Shown: positions 48,924-60,719 of the stretch, piece after piece
Numbering within the stretch: the first letter of the stretch is position 1
How the letters are laid out: every line of letters begins with the position of its first letter
Program-made: the position numbers and the translations under genes
Notes under the pieces: model-generated
Database searches by the model: none
What the model was told of the DNA's origin: nothing
Seen by the model: only the letters and a program-made list of their open reading frames with translations
Assembly (NCBI GenBank): GCA_977017645.1
Contig: OZ360242.1
Location: 38,378,001 to 38,442,000, forward strand
Direction of reading: 5' to 3'
Length of the DNA stretch: 64,000 nucleotides
From: Torpedo marmorata
Taxonomy: Eukaryota

Positions 48924-49156
48924 TGATACGCCCATCAATAACTCCAAAAGACTAGAAGTTACACAAGAACTGAAAGGCTTTTATTAGCTACAGAATGGAT
49001 CTACATTCGTGCTGATGATCTGTCCCGGACTGGGGGAGGAGCTGTGGCACAATGGCCTTTATTCAAGGGGGGTAGTGGGAGGAGCCACCGGGACAGTCAG
49101 CAGGGCATGTCCAAACCTATCACCAGCCCACAATACATATACAGTGGTTTACCACA
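48924..49156 (-). mobile_element. Solo LTR (Gypsy-like) with 5-bp TSD
   Basis: TG...CA termini; AACAC at 48919-48923 and 49157-49161; AATAAA on the minus strand near 48980. Confidence 0.8.
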
Positions 49157-49687
49157 AACACATAGCCCCCCTCTGTTAAAACGTGAACTCTGGTTCCTTT
49201 TCACAGGGTGTGCATGACCTAATGTGTATCATCAGCATTTTATGATTTTACTTCTATTAAATCTGGAACTGGGTGGGCATGGGGCAGATCCAATCCCTGT
49301 GCTAGATTTTTTGAAAACCCCGGATAAGTCCCCGAGCAACCCATTGCAATTTTGAACATGTGATAGAATCAAATGAAGCACATCCAACATCCTTTGGATC
49401 AGAAGGTGGGGGGGACGGGGGTGGAGGGTGGGGAGAGCTGTGAGGGGGGAGTGGGGTAGCAGCTGTGGGATGAAGGAAGGAAGAAGGGGTGGATCAAAAG
49501 CCCATTAGGAGAACCTCAGAAGATAGATAGGGGCAATGGATTCTTGGTGACCATGGTGCCAGAGGGAGGGGAGGAGGTTGACTGTCTCAGGATCAGGGCA
49601 TCAATAACGTGATAGATGTGATCAGCAATCTGAGGGTTGGTCAAAGGAAAGTGTCTGAGAGCCTGAAAGAGAAGTGTCATAGTATGA

Positions 49688-50197
49688 AAGTCAAGTCAAG
49701 TTTATTGTCATTTGATTGCACTAGTACAACCCGACGAAACAGCGTTCTCCGGTCCTCGGTGCAAAACACGCAGACACACAACCAGACATAACACACATAC
49801 AGACAAACAATACATATGCAGGACAAGTATTCATATAAACAAATAAATTAATTAATATGGTTTCATGAATATGAGAGTCTTGGATGGTTAGTGTGAGCAG
49901 TTCCTTTGTTTGTTCAGCATTCTCACTACCCGTGGGAAGAAGCAATTCCTCAACCTGGTGGTGCTGGCTCTGATACTCCTGTATCTCTTTACCAATGGAA
50001 GCAGCTGAGTGTGGGGTGGAAGGGGTCCTCAATGATTTTGCGTGCCCTCTTCAAACAATGATCCCGGTAGATCACGTCAATGGGGGGGAAGGGAGACTCC
50101 AGTGATCCTCTCTGCCACTCTTATGGTCCTGTGGATTGACCTCCGATCTATTTCTCTGCAGAAACACACCACACTGTGAGACAGATGGCCAGGACGC
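49688..50197 (-). mobile_element. Rex1/Babar-like LINE 3' fragment
   Basis: (AAGTC)n tail on + strand; region homologous to 16311-16600. Confidence 0.8.
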
Positions 50198-51923
50198 ATG
50201 GTTGTAATGGTAGGGTGGGGATCACTTCCATGCAGTGCTGGGCTTAGTATGCAGAGGGACTACGTTTTATCAAGAGCCGCTTTCACCATTGAGTTAATAA
50301 AACCTGATTGTTCTGGGAGTGAATGCTTCCTGTTGAATCACTGTCACTCCTGCATGTTCCTAGCAATGGTAAGTTCAGTGCAAGGTGAAACACAACTGGA
50401 AGTCCCTGCTCAGGTTTAAGGGCAACATTAAATAGAACAAAACATAAGGTCACTGGTCCAATGTTGATACGTATTCATTGATTTTGGATCCGATTATCCT
50501 GAGAAGGGAAGCATGACAGAACATAATTTCTATTCCCCCATCTTGACATTGTAACAACAGAGGCGATGAGCAGAGTGTTTTTCTAACTAGCCAAATTAGG
50601 GAAGAAAATGACCATGTAATTTTTGCGGAACAAGTCTGGAAAGGGTGTGTCTGAAGGTCAAAGCAGGAGTATGCAGCTTGGCTCATGTGGAGAGTATTTA
50701 CCACTTTCCAAGCAGTCAGAACTTTTGACTACGATTGTAACCAACATTAATGAAAGTCAACTGTGAGAACAGGGCAGGTAATGATGATTTTCTAAAGTTT
50801 CCTTGGAGATGTGTGCATTATTATTCATATATGCAAAGCAAACCACTTTCAAATGACAGATGCTTTGGACAATGATTCTTTAAAATAAAAATCTGCACCA
50901 CCCTATTTGTCTGAGAGCTATGATTTGAGTGCAGATGTGTTCATAATAATCTTAAACCCGACATAAAGTTTCTCTAGGGAACGGATAACAAGATAAACCA
51001 GGAAATGCTTGAAGACAGTGATTTCCCTCTACATATATCAAGCTCTTGGTGCTCTAAAATCAATCATACTAAACCTGCATCATTAAATTTGAGTCAATGC
51101 ATGACTATCAAATCATCTTGGAAGGTTATCACAATAAGGAACCATTCATATTTTTTTTATTTGAAGGTGTTAAAAAGTAACCTTTGACTTCATACTAAAC
51201 GCATACTAGAATAAATGAAAACAGACATGGATAAAAACGTTGAGCATCCTTGGCATTGCACATGGAATATCAAGTCCAAAATTTCCTCTCTGCTCCCTTT
51301 TGGCAGTTGCCATTTTTCATAAAACAGATTAAAGATGATTTGCAAAACTATTTTTTTCTCAAATGTCTATAAAATTTCCATTTCAACTTAGACCGCATTC
51401 CAGAGTTAACGGCTACTTATTTGTGTGATTGCTGTTTTGAGAGAATAAAAAGTTTCCATTTGTGAAGGAATAATTTTTTTTTTTTGCCAAATGTTTCTTT
51501 AGGTGAATTTTGAAACAGCTTAGCAATAACTAACCTTTAGCCAAGATCGTTCAGTTCAAAGTGAAAGCTAGAATGGTGAAAAATGAACGGAACAGAAACA
51601 GCCAGGGTGCACAGCTTTTGGTCTCAATTGTCTGGAATTCTTTAACACTGGCAACTGCCTGGTCCCACCAATTCTCAAGTGCTGGGTCCAACTTACCAAA
51701 GCAGATCTGCAAGCAGTGACTTCCTGATCAACACAAACTCTAACCTGGTCAGCAAGGTTCTGCATCACACAGTCGTCCAGGTGGAGACTGTATCACTTAC
51801 TAACCCTGAGCAATCCTCCAGGCTTAACCAACTGTCAAAACAATGAAAGGGTAGGGATATTTTTGAATGTTTGTGAATATTTGCAACATTCAGAAATGTA
51901 AGGAACATATTCGAAAGGTATAA

Positions 51924-52890
51924 AAACATAAAAAATAGGAGCAGCAGTAGGCCATCTGGCCCGTCAAGCCTGCTCCACCATTCAATAAGATAATGGCTGA
52001 TCTGATGACAGGCTCATCTCCACCTACCTGCCTTTTCCCCATATCCATTAATTCTCTTACTATGTAACAATCTATCCAACCTTGTCTTAAATATATTTAC
52101 TGAGGTCACCTCCACTGCTTCAATGGGCAGCGAATTCCACAGATTCACCACCCTCTGGGAAAAGCAATTCCTCCTCATCTCTATCCTAAATCTACTACCC
52201 TGAATCTTGAGGCTATGTCCTCTAGTTCTGGTTTCATCTAACAATGGAAACAATTTACCTACCTCTATCTTATTTATGTCTTTCATAATTTTATATGTTT
52301 CTATAAGAGCCCCTCTCATTCTTACAATGAGTACAGTCCCAGACGACACAATTTCTCCTCGTAGGCTAACCCCTTCATCTCTGGAATCAACCTGGTGAAC
52401 CTCTTCTGCACTGCCTCCAAAGCCAGTACATCCTTCCTCAAGTAAGGTGACCGGAACTGCATGCAGTAATCCAAATGCAGCCTCACCAGTACTTTGTACA
52501 GTTGCAGCATAACTTCCCTGCTCTTAAATTCCATCCCTTTAGCAATAAAGGCCAGCATTCCATTTGCCTTCTTGATAGCCTGCTGCACCTGCAAACCAAA
52601 CTTTTGTGATTCATGCACGAGCACTCCCAAGACCTCCCGCACAGCAGCATGCTGCAATCGCTTGCCATTCAAATAATATTCTGATCTTCCACTTTTCCTT
52701 CCAAAGTGGATAACCTCACAATTGACAACATTGTACTCCATCTGCCAGACCCTTGCCCACTCAATTAACCTATCTATATCTCTCTGCAGACTCTCTGCAC
52801 AATTTCCTTTTCCACTCAATTTAGTCATCAGCAAACTTAGATATATTACACTCTGTCCCCTCTTCCATTTAATTTATGTATATCGTGAAC
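51924..52890 (-). mobile_element. CR1 3' fragment
   Basis: LQRDIDRLIEWARVWQMEYNV...LYKVLVRLHLDYC...FSQRVVNLWNSLP. Confidence 0.92.
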
Positions 52891-52904
52891 AACCAGATGG
52901 CATT

Positions 52905-53300
52905 AACATTGACTTCTCCGTTTTCTGTTAGGCCCCTCCCATGTCTCTCTCTCTCTTTCCTACCCTTCTGTCTCCTTTCCTCCAGCTCCCAACCCTCTTC
53001 CCCCCTCCATTTAGAGAGCTATCTCCTCCCCCTACCACTTCACAGCTTTTTTTTCCTCTCCTGCCCTCCCACCTATATCCACCTATGACGTTTGGCCTGT
53101 GGGCCTGTGCAACCCCCTGCCCCTCCCCCCACCATTGTATTCAGGCACCTGCCTGCTTTTTGTTCATGCCTTGACAAAGGGCTCAGGCAAGAAACGTTGG
53201 TTACATATCTTTGCTGCATAAGGAACGTTGCGTGACTTGCTGAGTTTCTCCACCACTTTTGTGTATTGAACTATAATCACAGCATCTGCATACTTTCTTG
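52905..53300 (+). mobile_element. Penelope-like terminal fragment
   Basis: Homologous to 6014-6405; TTGACAAAGGGCTCAGGCAAGAAACGTTGGT. Confidence 0.7.
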
Positions 53301-53676
53301 TATAACTATATTCAAAATGTATTAAAGTTTCCAATTTAACATCACCTATGCATATGCAGGGGTTGCAACACATACTATTTAAGGGGTCCTCTGAGATTTG
53401 CAGGTTTATTCTGATGGATTGGGAAGAGAATTGGTCAAGCACATTTATTGGATTTTCATTGTGGGATATCAGTGGAGTTTAAGAAACACTGAAAGACTGC
53501 TCTGGCTTAATTGACTTTGAGTGACTTCAAAGTCTGCTGGAGTTGTATTTGAGCTTGGACTAATTGCAGACATCCATTGGGGTTTATCCACAATATATTT
53601 CATTTTTCATCATGACAGAGAGTAGGAGGAGACAGTATATCTATCTTTTTGAAGAAGAAGAAGGAGGCAACAAGTA

Positions 53677-54230
53677 CAGTACAACTCCGATTATCCGAAA
53701 TGGTCGGGACCGGGCCTATTTCGGATAAACGATATTTTCGGATAACTGGTCATTTTTTAAAAACAGCCCAGTAGCGACAGCAAATCACTTGTAACAGTGT
53801 TTAAACAACAACAAACAACAAGGGAAGGCTTTTTAAGCATGAGATATTGTTTAATTCTCACCAAAAAAAACAACTTGAACAAAATAAGATAAATCCAACA
53901 CCAAAAACTCAAAATTCTACTCAGAGGTTTTTCCAAAATTCCAAAAAATTTTCAACCTGTGACGTCAGTTCGGGTCCGAAAAAATTTCAGATAACTGAGG
54001 AGTTCTGATTGTTTCGGATATTCTCATTTATCCAAAAAATTTCGGAGGCGAAATTACGTCATTTTGACTTCGAAATTTTTCGGATAAATGAGAGGATTTC
54101 TGATTTTTCTGAAATCCTCAATTATCCGAAAAAAAATTCGGAGCCGAACAGACGTCACTTCCGGGTCCAAAAAATTTCAGATAACTGAGGATATCGGATG
54201 ATCCGATTTCGGATAATCAGAGTTGTACTG
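53677..54230. mobile_element. Tc1/Tigger-like MITE with internal TTATCCGAA repeats
   Basis: TA|CAGTACAACTCCGATTATCCGAAA ... TTTCGGATAATCAGAGTTGTACTG. Confidence 0.9.
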
Positions 54231-54256
54231 AATATAAATGTACTTGGGATCATGTA

Positions 54257-54477
54257 CAGTAAAACCTTTGGTATCCGGCACCTTTGGGGATTGGTAGATG
54301 CCGGATAAGTGAATTTTACAGTTGCTTGAGATTTTGTGTTGCGAGCATTGGCAAACTAACGGTGAGTGGCGCCATTTTTAAACTTCCGTATTTTTTACCT
54401 ATTTATTTTCTGCAATATTTTTGCCGGTTGCTTGAGGCTGTCATTTCTTTGAATTCTGTATAACAGGGGTTTTACTG
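54257..54477. mobile_element. Short Tigger-like MITE (same TIR family as 25610 and 45182)
   Basis: TA|CAGTAAAACC...GGGGTTTTACTG|TA. Confidence 0.88.
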
Positions 54478-54597
54478 TACATTGTCATTGAGTTGTACTG
54501 CATGGAAACAGGACCCTAGCCGATCATGTCCATGCCAACCAAGTTGCCCATCTGAGCTTGTCCCATTTGCCTACGCTTGGCCAATATCCCTCTAACC

Positions 54598-54971
54598 CAG
54601 TGGTTTCAACCTGCCCCCCTAAACTCACATTCCACCTTAAGCAATCCCTATGCCATAAGTGCTCTGTAATTAGTAAGGGATTGTTTAAGGCGGTATGAGA
54701 GTGGGAAGGGAAGGTTGAGAACCATTGCTCTAGACCCAATTGTTACTGAAATACTTTGCTTGAGAAAAATTGTCATTGGCCCATTTCCTTTGGAGTTAGG
54801 AAACTGTGCACATAACAAGTCAATTAGGTACGATTAAAACAGTGGTTTTCAAACTTTTTCTTTCCACTCACATATCACCTTAACCAATCCCTTACTAATC
54901 ACAGAGCACTTATGGAATAGGGATTGCTTAAGATGGAATGTGAGTTTAGGGGGGCAGTTTGAAAACCACTG
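54598..54971. mobile_element. Compound hAT MITE (two hairpin units) inside a minus-strand CR1 3' fragment (~54495-55160)
   Basis: CAGTGGTTTCAAC...GAACCATTG, spacer, CAGTGGTTTTCAAAC...GAAAACCACTG; arms homologous to 45338-45498. Confidence 0.85.
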
Positions 54972-57154
54972 CCCCTTTCCTATCCATGTACTTGTCCAAA
55001 TGCCTTTTAAACATTATAAGTGTACCACTTCCTCTGGCAGCTCATTAAATGTACCCACCACCCTCTGTGTGGAAAACTTGCCCCTAGGTCCTGCTTAAAT
55101 CTTTCCCCTCTCACTTTAAAACTATGCTCTCGAGATTTAGCCTCTCCTACCTCGGGACTCACTTCTACATGAAGGAGAACTGCCAGAAAATACTGAGGCA
55201 GAAATCTCATTGCACTTTAAAAGTACCAGAATATGACCCGAATTTCATTATCTTCAACCAAAAGTTGGAAGGTAAGATTAGATTGTATAGATCAACAGAT
55301 TGAATAGATCTCACTAATTGTATAGATTGTATAGATCATACAGAATCCACTGACCAGACTACTTTCTGTGGCATAAACCTCAATGGCTGTATGCTTAGAC
55401 TTAGAGTGGTAATGCAAAATGACAAAGAAATTTCAAAACACAAAAATACTGAACTGAAAAGATCGATTGATATACAAAATTTAGACAATTACGGTACTTT
55501 GACACAAGTCGATCTACTTAAACTCTTATGCCGATAAAATGGTTTATCTGTTACTGTTGATAACTAAATCATGCAAAACCCCAGAATAGCCACCTGATGA
55601 GTTCTCTTATCTTCTGCGGCCAGAGCTACCTGACATGCTCGACATGACATCCCCATGGTCTCTGCAGCACTGCAGCCAACAGGTTCCTGAAAGCAATCAA
55701 TTATATCAAAATTCTGTTATTATCATGAACCTGAAATCCCTGCTTGCTGCTGAAATTCATCTTGTTCTTTACAAAGGAATTAGTGACAAACAATATTAAT
55801 TATGAGCTTTCACAAGATATCAATTTGTCTGGTCAGAACATCTTTCCAAACTCCAATCTGTCTTGTTATTTTTACATTTATGTGCTGTGGTCAGGGACGT
55901 TTTGGATTGAGGCCACAGCATTCTTACCAGTGAGCGCAAGCAGCCAGAAGTCGCGGTACACATTGGTACCAATGACAAAGGTCAGAATGGGATGAGGACT
56001 TGCAGAACGGATATAGGGAGTTTCAAAAGCCGGACTTCCAAGCTGGTAATCTAAGGATTACTACCAATGCAACATATCAGTGAAGGTAGTAATAAGAGGA
56101 TAAAGAGCATGAAATCAAGAGGGCATGTTGTTTGGCACAGACGAGCTTGGCGTATGGGCCTGTTTCTATGGTGTAGGACTCCCATGACTCTATGTTCTTT
56201 AGTTGCTCATAAGCCTGTTTAAGTGATCTAATTCTAATAATATTATGCATTTCTGTTCTTCAGTTTAAAAATCTGTTTCATGTCTACACTCATTTTTTAT
56301 GTAATAAAACAAATTTATGCCTGTGCATCTGTCTTTATAATTTGGAACACCACCCAGTCTCATTCTTGCCACTTTCCTCAACTCAATCAGTGCTCTTTGA
56401 ACATAGCGTGCCAAAATGTTTGAAGTATACCCTCACAATAACATGAAGTTTTAATATAATCTGTTTTAATAAATATACTTGAAGAGCACACTACTTGCTG
56501 ATTAAGTTAAGATGGTACATGTAATGAATGGGGTGAAAATTGATGGACAGGATATACTGGAAATGTTGGCTCTGTTTAGAATTGACACTGTCTGCTCCAA
56601 ATGGCTCATATCCCAAGTTTCTGAACGAAGTAGTGCTGGAGCTAGTGGAATGGTTGCTATAATATTTCAATCTTCCTTAGATACAGGGAAAGTGTCAAAT
56701 AATTGTGAAGTGGTAAATATCACTTCCTTGTTCAAGAAAGGGAATTATATTTACCACCAGTGACTGCTAGTTGGTTGGTTCATACAGGTGGTAGACAAGA
56801 TAGTGGAAAGAATAATCAGGAACACGACGACAGTCACTTGTTCGTGTTAAGCAAGGAAAGCCAGCATAGATTAGTAAAAGGCAAATCATATTTAACAAGG
56901 CTAAACAAATCCTTTTGATGAAGAAAGAGAGAAGGCTGATGAAGGGAATGTAGTATTTGACAATATATCAAATAGTAGGCTGGTTAACAAAACAGAGACA
57001 CCTGGAACAAGAAGGAGGCAACAAGTACAGTACAACTCTTTTGTTCGGACGCCTGCCGACATTTTTCAAGCGCGAAACGCCGGTTATGTATTTTTACCTT
57101 TGCTATAAAAAGGACACTGTTTGACCTGCTGAGTTTCTCCAGCTTTGTGTTTTT

Positions 57155-57400
57155 ACAAAAAAAAACTGTACACAACATACACATGTAAACAAATAAAGAA
57201 ATGTAAGCAGATAAAGAAATGTAAACAAATTGACTGTGCAATACAGAGAGAATAAAAAAATCAATAAAGTGCAAAAGTAAGAGTCCTTAAATGAGTCCCT
57301 GATTGAGTTTGTTGTTTGTTGAGGAGTCTGATGGTGGAGGGGTAGCAGCTGTTCCTGAACCTGGTGGTGCGAGTCTTGTGGCACCTATACCTCTTTCCTG
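57155..57400 (-). mobile_element. Rex1/Babar-like 3' fragment adjoining a Penelope-like fragment (~57040-57155)
   Basis: SGKRYRCHKTRTTRFRNSCYPSTIRLLN. Confidence 0.8.
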
Positions 57401-57668
57401 ATTGTGGTACAAGCCATAATACATATGGATGGAGCAAGCATGGCATAAACTCCATCTACGAACTTGAAAGTACTGATAATACCCTTTTGAGTCTTTAACA
57501 TCCTATACACCAATTTGTGAATGTAAGCTCCATCCACCTGAGGGCATCAACAAGTAGGCTAGATGTCATTCAACTTCTGATTGCTGGGAGTTCATTTTAC
57601 ATTTCTCAAGCCAAAAATGAAAGACCACTGAATAAGATAACAAAGTGTGACAGGGCTAACATCTAGAG

Positions 57669-57951
57669 CAGCCATTCTCAACCTTTTTTCGGTTCTGCAC
57701 CACTCACCCCCCGCCCCCACCCCCCCACCCCATCCACCCCGCCACCATCCCCAGGACTCTGCTCAAACTTCATGGGCCCCCTTCCCTGTGAAGCAGTCAA
57801 GTTTTGGTTTCTTCCGTACTTCTCTCCCACCGACTACATAAAAAACATTAAAAAAACATTTATGTGACGCAAGGTGAAAAGAAAACAAGGCTTTTACTTA
57901 AACGTACTGTGGCCCCCAGGGGGGCCGTAGGGCCGCTGTTGAGAATGGCTA
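57669..57951. mobile_element. hAT (Charlie-like) MITE with 8-bp TSD
   Basis: CAGCCATTCTCAAC...GTTGAGAATGGCTA; ATCTAGAG (57661-57668) / ATCTAGAA (57952-57959), fitting the Charlie NTCTAGAN target preference. Confidence 0.88.
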
Positions 57952-58925
57952 ATCTAGAAGCCTGAACCATCATCCCAGAGACAGGAGTTCAAATCCCACC
58001 ACTGCAACTGGGGAACTTAAATCAATTACATATCTCGAATGAAGATAAATTACCTATCTATATAAAGTCAATATGAAACTACCAGGAAACTAGTGGATTG
58101 TCTAAACAATACATTTGAGTTACAATTGTTCTTCTGGGAAGGAAATGTGCCATCTTTATCCAATCAACTTATATATGACTGCAGTCTCACCAAGAGAGTT
58201 GACTTACCACTGGTTCCTAACTTAGGAACAATGAGCAGTGTTTCATAAAATGCTACTGTTTTGAAGCCAAACAGCTGGGTGGACAGTCTAAGCTGTTGAT
58301 GAAATAAGCAAATGAGGAAGAATTGAAATGAGCAGCCTTGTAATCCTGACTCGATGTCTGAAAGTGTTCAGTATAGACCTCTGGTAGCATTCACGTGACA
58401 AGAATAAAAAGAGCAATATTTGGTGGTCCATGAAAACAAACACAAGGTTCATTCTGCTGGAGTAAATTGCAAATAATTGTGTATGTGGCCAGTTTTTCAA
58501 AGCATTGGGCAAACATGTGGATAATTTCATCTGGCTCTTTGAGATTTATTTCCTATATTTCATATATGTTAATATTTTATGAACTACCAGGAGATTTACA
58601 GCCCAATGTGTAGAACTTGGGCAAATGCCAGAGAATTTGAATTGATTACTGGAACTATTCCTTTTTAAGACATCTTTTGAAATGGTTGTAATTGTGATTG
58701 ATGTCAGATAAAGTCACACTACACAGAGATAGACATTTCAGCCCATCAGCTCGATGATGACCTCTCTATATTAATCCCACTTAAAAGCACTTGGTCTGTA
58801 GACTTCTATACCTTGGCAATTCAACTGTTTGTCCAGATACTTCTTGAATTTTATTGACAGTACTTTCCTCTAATACCTTCCCAGGCAAGTCATTCCAGAT
58901 TGCAACCAACATCTGGGTGAGTTTC

Positions 58926-59185
58926 ACCCCCCCCTCCCACCCCAGGCCCCCCCCCCACCCCCCCACCACCCACCCCAGCCGCCCCCCCCACCCCCCCACC
59001 ACCCACCCCAGCCGCCCCCCCCACCCCCCCACCCCCCCACCCCCCCCACCCACCCCAGCCGCCCCCCCCACCCCCCCAACCCCCCCACCCACCCCAGCCA
59101 CCCCCCCCACCCAGCCGCCCCCCCACCCCCCCCCCACCCCACCCCAGCCGCCCCCCCCACCCCCCCACCCCCCACCCAGCTCCCC
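58926..59185. repeat. C-rich low-complexity tract within a minus-strand CR1 3' remnant (~58715-59430)
   Basis: Imperfect repeats of CCACCCACCCCAGCCGCCCCCCC. Confidence 0.9.
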
Positions 59186-59559
59186 ACTAATTCTCTTATA
59201 CCAATGCTCCCGGGTTCTGGACATCTCCATGATGGGAAAACACCACACCATCCATCTTATCTCTGCCCTGATCATTTTGTACTTCTTTATCAGATTTCTC
59301 GTCAGTCTCTTGCACTCCAAGAACAAACCTCGCCTATCCGGTCTGTGAAATGCTCCATCTCAGACAACATCCTGGTAACTTCCCTTTAACACCACTTCAG
59401 TGCAACCACCTCCTTCCTCTGGGGTGGCAACTGGAATTGCTGCCATGGTTCGGGTTCTGTGGACTTGTACATCATTACGTTTGATTTCAGACTCTACAGT
59501 CCAAATGCATCAATTTTAATCGTGTAAGTAAGATTAGGGGGCGGTGAAGCGAGAGAGTA

Positions 59560-60572
59560 CGAGAACAGGCTTGTTTAAATTGGTGGGAGGTATAGGCGAA
59601 GCGACCATCGTGGGAGCAGCCATCATGTGAGTGGGGAGTTGAGGCTTTGGTTCAAGAGGCTTTGGCGAGAAGAGGCTGAGGTGGTGGCACAGGAGTTGAG
59701 GTAAGGACAACCCTATCGAGGAACAAAAGGGTTCAGCAAGAAGGCACAGGTAGGAGTAGGTTTTTCTTGTTTCTTTCTCTCTATTTCATAGACAGTGGGA
59801 ATGGCAGCCAGGGCAGGGATATGCTCCTCTTGTGCTCAGCATCCCTGATGACTTCATCTGTGAGAAGTGCATCCAGCTGCAGTTCCTTACAAACCATGTT
59901 AGGGAATTGGAGCTGGAGTTGGATGAACTCCAGATCATTCGGAAAGCTGAGGGGTGATAGACAGGGGTTAAAGGGTCGCGATCACATCTAGGAGTCAGGA
60001 GGAAGGTAGCTGAGTGACAGTGAGGAGAGGGAAAGGGAACAGGCAGCCTGTGCAGGGTACCCCTGTGGCCATTCACCTCAATAACACGGATGCCATTTTG
60101 GAAACTGTTGACAGGGAGGACCTACCAGGGACAAGCTACGGTGGTCAGGTCTCTGGGACGGAGTCTGGCCTTGTGGCTAAGAAAGGAAGGGAGGACAAGA
60201 GGCAAGATGTGGTGAAAGGGGGTTCCATAGTTAGTTAGGGGAGCTTATAAGAGGTTCTGTGGAAGAGATCAACAATTCTAAATTGTATGTTGCCTCCCAG
60301 GTGCCAGGGTCCGGGATATCTCAGATCAAATTCACGGCATTCTCAAGAGGGAGGGTGAGCAACAGATGTCAGGTTCCATGAAGGGACCAATGACGTGTGT
60401 AGGAGGTCCTGCAAAGAGAGTTCAGGTGTGAAGTTGAAGGACAGGACTTCCAGGGTTGTGACCTCAGGCTTGCAACTCATGCCTTGTGCTAGTGAGGGTA
60501 GAAACAGGAGGACAATGCAGCTTAACACGTGGCTAAAGTGATGTTGCAGGAGGGTGGGCTTAAGATTTCTGG
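59560..60572 (+). mobile_element. Second CR1 5' region with degenerate ORF1
   Basis: GAGGCTTTGGTTCAAGAGGC...GAAGAGGCTGAGG and ORF1 sequence homologous to 40780-41680. Confidence 0.85.
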
Positions 60573-60719
60573 AAAACACACCGAAATGCTGGAGGAACTC
60601 AGCTGGTCTTTTCAGCATCTATAGGAGACAAAGATATATTGCCGCCGTTTCAGGCCTGAGCCCTTCTTCAAGGAAAAATCAGAAAAGGCAGAAGCAGGAT
60701 ATATCAGAAAGTCTCGGAA
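60573..60719 (-). mobile_element. Penelope-like terminal fragment inserted in CR1 ORF1
   Basis: GAAATGCTGGAGGAACTCAGC...CGTTTCAGGCCTGAGCCCTTCTTCAAGG. Confidence 0.75.

Noticed and set aside
50200-51900. TE-poor stretch that might be a conserved enhancer or exon
   Set aside because: No recognisable motif, splice pair or homology can be supported from sequence alone.
55278-55345. Short imperfect repeats of ATTGTATAGAT
   Set aside because: Looks like a slipped LINE tail or microsatellite; no further structure.
58781-59348. Gly-rich and Pro-rich ORFs (181 and 164 aa)
   Set aside because: Translation artefacts of a C-rich low-complexity tract inside a CR1 remnant.
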